Virus record (IMG/VR): IMGVR_UViG_3300042691_021876 | Span: 1 to 64,000 of that record | DNA length: 64,000 bases | Direction: 5' to 3' (one strand) | Source of the DNA: a virus | In this document: piece after piece, positions 61,447-64,000 of the stretch | Layout: every line of letters starts with the position of its first letter | Position numbering within the stretch: the first letter of the stretch is position 1 | Made by a program: the position numbers and the translations under genes | The notes under the pieces: model-generated | What the model saw: only the letters and a program-made list of their open reading frames with translations | Told to the model about the DNA's origin: nothing | Database searches by the model: none

Positions 61447-63066
61447 TTAGAATCCGCCAGCTCCGCCATCTTGGCCTGCTTGAATTTCTTGTTGTTTCTT
61501 CATATATTCAAGATCCTCAATTTCTTGTTTCTTGTTAAGACGGTTATTTTCAGCAATATCAGAAGGATCCAATTTAAGATATTTCTCAACAACAAATTGT
61601 GCATTGAAGTAAGGTACATCAACATCCATTCCCGAAGCATCTTTACGTTTAACCATGATACCCATCATTGAAGTTACAAATTCAATACGTTTGGACATGA
61701 TCTCCATTGTTTTCATTTCCTCAAAGACATTGTCCGCGTTAAATTTTAAAGCAAGGGTAGATTTGAATAATTCGTCTTCAGCAAGTTCTGGGTAAAGAAG
61801 ACCCATTTGAATAAACAAAGGTTTAAGTAAAACTTCTTGAAAGATTGAACGTAAACGATTAATGAATTTTGCAAAACGGATTTCATCACGGTTAGTACTG
61901 TCTGCAGAGAAATTAACTGTTCCTCCACCTTCACCTTGGTCAAAACGTGAGAATGGTATTTTAGAATCTTCTTGAAGTTTAATCTTAAAATATTTAACGA
62001 TATCGTTATTACTAAGATCATAACCTTCACCACCAATAACTGAGATATCAGGTTGCTCACCATTTTTAGATGGGAACAAGTAGTTTTTGTAAAACTGCAT
62101 TGACGGTTGTCCGTTTACTGCAAGTTCTCCAGATTCATAGTTAAGAGAAATATCTTCTTTGTAGATTGACATCATCTCTGCTAGAGATTCTTTTGCTTTT
62201 TGCGGAGATTTTGTGCCAATAGGAACTACCATCTTCATACGGAACGATGAGTTCATAATGTTCCAAATAATTCTAGAGTTCTCCATGATACGTAAAAGGT
62301 TAAAAGAACGTACCAATCTTTCTACATAAGATACACGAGAAGTAAAGTTACCTTTAGCATACGATATGTAAATAATCTGTGAGTCAAGAAGAACCCTTTT
62401 CATTGAAGGAATATCTTCGTACTGAACCCAAATCTTTTTATAGTTCCCGTCTCCGGATTTTTCAACACCAGGACGTAATGATGTAGGGTCTAATTCTTTA
62501 AAACCTACAATGTTTTTACCGTCTGGGTCAAAGATAATCTCAAAGGCAAGGAAACCGTCAATTAAAAATTGTCTAAAGTAACCCCAACCATCATGCCCTT
62601 CATTAAAATGGAAGTGAGAGTAAATCTTTTTAAACTCTGTATTAATTTCACCGCAGATTTCATCAACTGTATCTGGTGAAAGAATTTCTTTAACTTTTGA
62701 AACATCAGGTTTTACAAAATAATTACCTTCATCATAAACGATTGCTTCATCAGATAATGTATCAAGAATAAACTCAATCTCACCGTTCATTGCAAATTTA
62801 CGAAGATATTCTCTACGAGATTTGTAATCTTTGTCAAAGAAAGCAATAAACTTTTTTGAACCTACATCGGATAATGCAAGTGAGTATAAGAATTCTTCAG
62901 GAAGATAACCTTGATTTCCAAATTCTGCTTCAGTTACACCGACTGCTCTAGACTGTCGGATAACCATGTCTTCATACCTCATTCCAAGGTTTGCAAGGTT
63001 TTTCAGACTCTTAGATAACTGTCCGAAAATTGGATTGACTCCTGTTCTATCGATAAAACCTGCCAT
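61447..63066 (-). CDS. portal protein (gp20-like)
   Basis: FRQFLIDG, SYVERLVRSFNLLRIMENSRII, YF..KL...SKIPFSRF, RDEIRFAKFINRLR. Confidence 0.93.
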   Translation of the reverse strand: MAGFIDRTGVNPIFGQLSKSLKNLANLGMRYEDMVIRQSRAVGVTEAEFGNQGYLPEEFLYSLALSDVGSKKFIAFFDKDYKSRREYLRKFAMNGEIEFILDTLSDEAIVYDEGNYFVKPDVSKVKEILSPDTVDEICGEINTEFKKIYSHFHFNEGHDGWGYFRQFLIDGFLAFEIIFDPDGKNIVGFKELDPTSLRPGVEKSGDGNYKKIWVQYEDIPSMKRVLLDSQIIYISYAKGNFTSRVSYVERLVRSFNLLRIMENSRIIWNIMNSSFRMKMVVPIGTKSPQKAKESLAEMMSIYKEDISLNYESGELAVNGQPSMQFYKNYLFPSKNGEQPDISVIGGEGYDLSNNDIVKYFKIKLQEDSKIPFSRFDQGEGGGTVNFSADSTNRDEIRFAKFINRLRSIFQEVLLKPLFIQMGLLYPELAEDELFKSTLALKFNADNVFEEMKTMEIMSKRIEFVTSMMGIMVKRKDASGMDVDVPYFNAQFVVEKYLKLDPSDIAENNRLNKKQEIEDLEYMKKQQEIQAGQDGGAGGF

Positions 63067-63086
63067 ATATGTTTAGTTGTTTAGTT

Positions 63087-63094
63087 TATATATT
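63087..63094 (-). promoter_or_regulatory. class III late promoter
   Basis: AATATATA upstream of the portal gene. Confidence 0.65.
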
Positions 63095-63096
63095 CT

Positions 63097-63834
63097 TTAA
63101 CTTCCACCGGGCTTTTTGAATTTCTTCTGAGCTTGTAAAGCGCGGTTTGCATCTTTATTTCGTCTTTCACTATTTTGTAAAAGTTCAATTCTGTTTTTTA
63201 GGTATAGCGCATAAATTCCACCTATTGGTAATCCCATCATTTCTTTAGGTACAAAGTAAGGAATCATTTCAAAATCTTCCACCTCAATTAAAACAGGATT
63301 CATTATTCTTTTAATTTCGTAATTTCTAACGGCAAAAGATAAACCTATTTTTGCATTCTTGTCAAAATTAAGTGACATAAAATACCAATTTGTGACTAAG
63401 TTATTTATTTGCATCATAGATACTAATCTATCCTCATCACTCATTTCATCTGCCTTCTTGTATGCGTCTCCAAAGATTCGGAAAGCGGTATCTATAAACT
63501 TAGCTTTAACACTCTCTGGAAGGAAATTAAGGTTCACTCCTTGAACTATGCGTTTACCTGTAGATTTTGAAACATATTCACCTATGATATAAACCATTGG
63601 ACGTTTATCGTAAAAATCCAACACGTCAGCACCTTCAGGCATATACTGGTAAGTGTAAACTCGCCCAGGCATAAAGAATTTTAATCCTTTTGCTTTAAAA
63701 CGTTCTGTTTGCTCAATAATCCAATAATTTTGAAACGGATTCTCGATATACTTGTCATTAAAGTATTCGTAAGTAGTTTTTCTTAATTCTGCTTTATTTG
63801 GATTCCTGTCATACCTATCAAAAAAATCTGTCAT
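63097..63834 (-). CDS. DNA end protector (T4 gp2-like)
   Basis: PGRVYTYQY, FYDKRPMV, GVNLNFLP. Confidence 0.8.
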   Translation of the reverse strand: MTDFFDRYDRNPNKAELRKTTYEYFNDKYIENPFQNYWIIEQTERFKAKGLKFFMPGRVYTYQYMPEGADVLDFYDKRPMVYIIGEYVSKSTGKRIVQGVNLNFLPESVKAKFIDTAFRIFGDAYKKADEMSDEDRLVSMMQINNLVTNWYFMSLNFDKNAKIGLSFAVRNYEIKRIMNPVLIEVEDFEMIPYFVPKEMMGLPIGGIYALYLKNRIELLQNSERRNKDANRALQAQKKFKKPGGS

Positions 63835-64000
63835 CGCGTTACTTTAAATAGGAAATCTTCTGTTACAATAATAAATTTATAACCTATAGATTCAGCATGT
63901 GCTTTAGCAGCTGAAAATTTTGCAGTATTAATGATAAATGTTTTAGCTGCATAGTTAAAGTTCTTTAACTTTTGCATTGTTTGGATTCCTTCAAACACTG
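63831..64000 (-). CDS. head completion nuclease (T4 gp4-like), C-terminal part
   Basis: ...TFIINTAKFSAAKAHAESIGYKFIIVTEDFL; adjacent to gp2 as in T4-like phages. Confidence 0.75.
   Translation of the reverse strand, partial: VFEGIQTMQKLKNFNYAAKTFIINTAKFSAAKAHAESIGYKFIIVTEDFLFKVTR

Overview
The window is 64 kb of an AT-rich, T4-like (myovirus, probably jumbo) phage genome, with essentially every real gene on the minus strand. Early promoters match the Bacteroidota primary-sigma consensus (TTTG-N20-TAnnTTTG), which points to a Bacteroidota host (inference). Positions ~1-24 kb are an accessory/early region: many small ORFs, two RNA ligases, a Pnk-like kinase, an HD hydrolase, an Acb1-like 2H phosphoesterase, ThyA, RmlC, a double GT2 glycosyltransferase, Hsp20, an AAA ATPase, UvsE and a stand-alone DnaA domain IV. 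Positions ~24-64 kb carry two collagen-like fibre proteins, an ECF-type sigma factor, guanylate kinase, tape measure, tail chaperones, tube, a 1568-aa sheath, terminase, neck, clamp loaders, RNase H, an ADP-ribose/NAD+ cluster (Prs-like, macrodomain, NADAR, Nampt-like, NDT-like), portal, gp2 and gp4. The intergenic DNA shows three promoter classes: (I) host-sigma promoters carrying either a DnaA-box-like TTWTTAACA or a tandem TTTAACA repeat at a fixed upstream position, (II) RAAC-N18-TATAA ECF-type promoters, and (III) RATAWATA late promoters. Main candidate novelties: a DnaA-box/mini-DnaA regulatory circuit; an expanded NARP1-like operon with de-ADP-ribosylases; a helix pairing the Hsp20 5' and 3' UTRs; two candidate programmed frameshifts; and a hairpin that hides a late start codon. 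All protein calls come from motif recognition by eye, not database searches.
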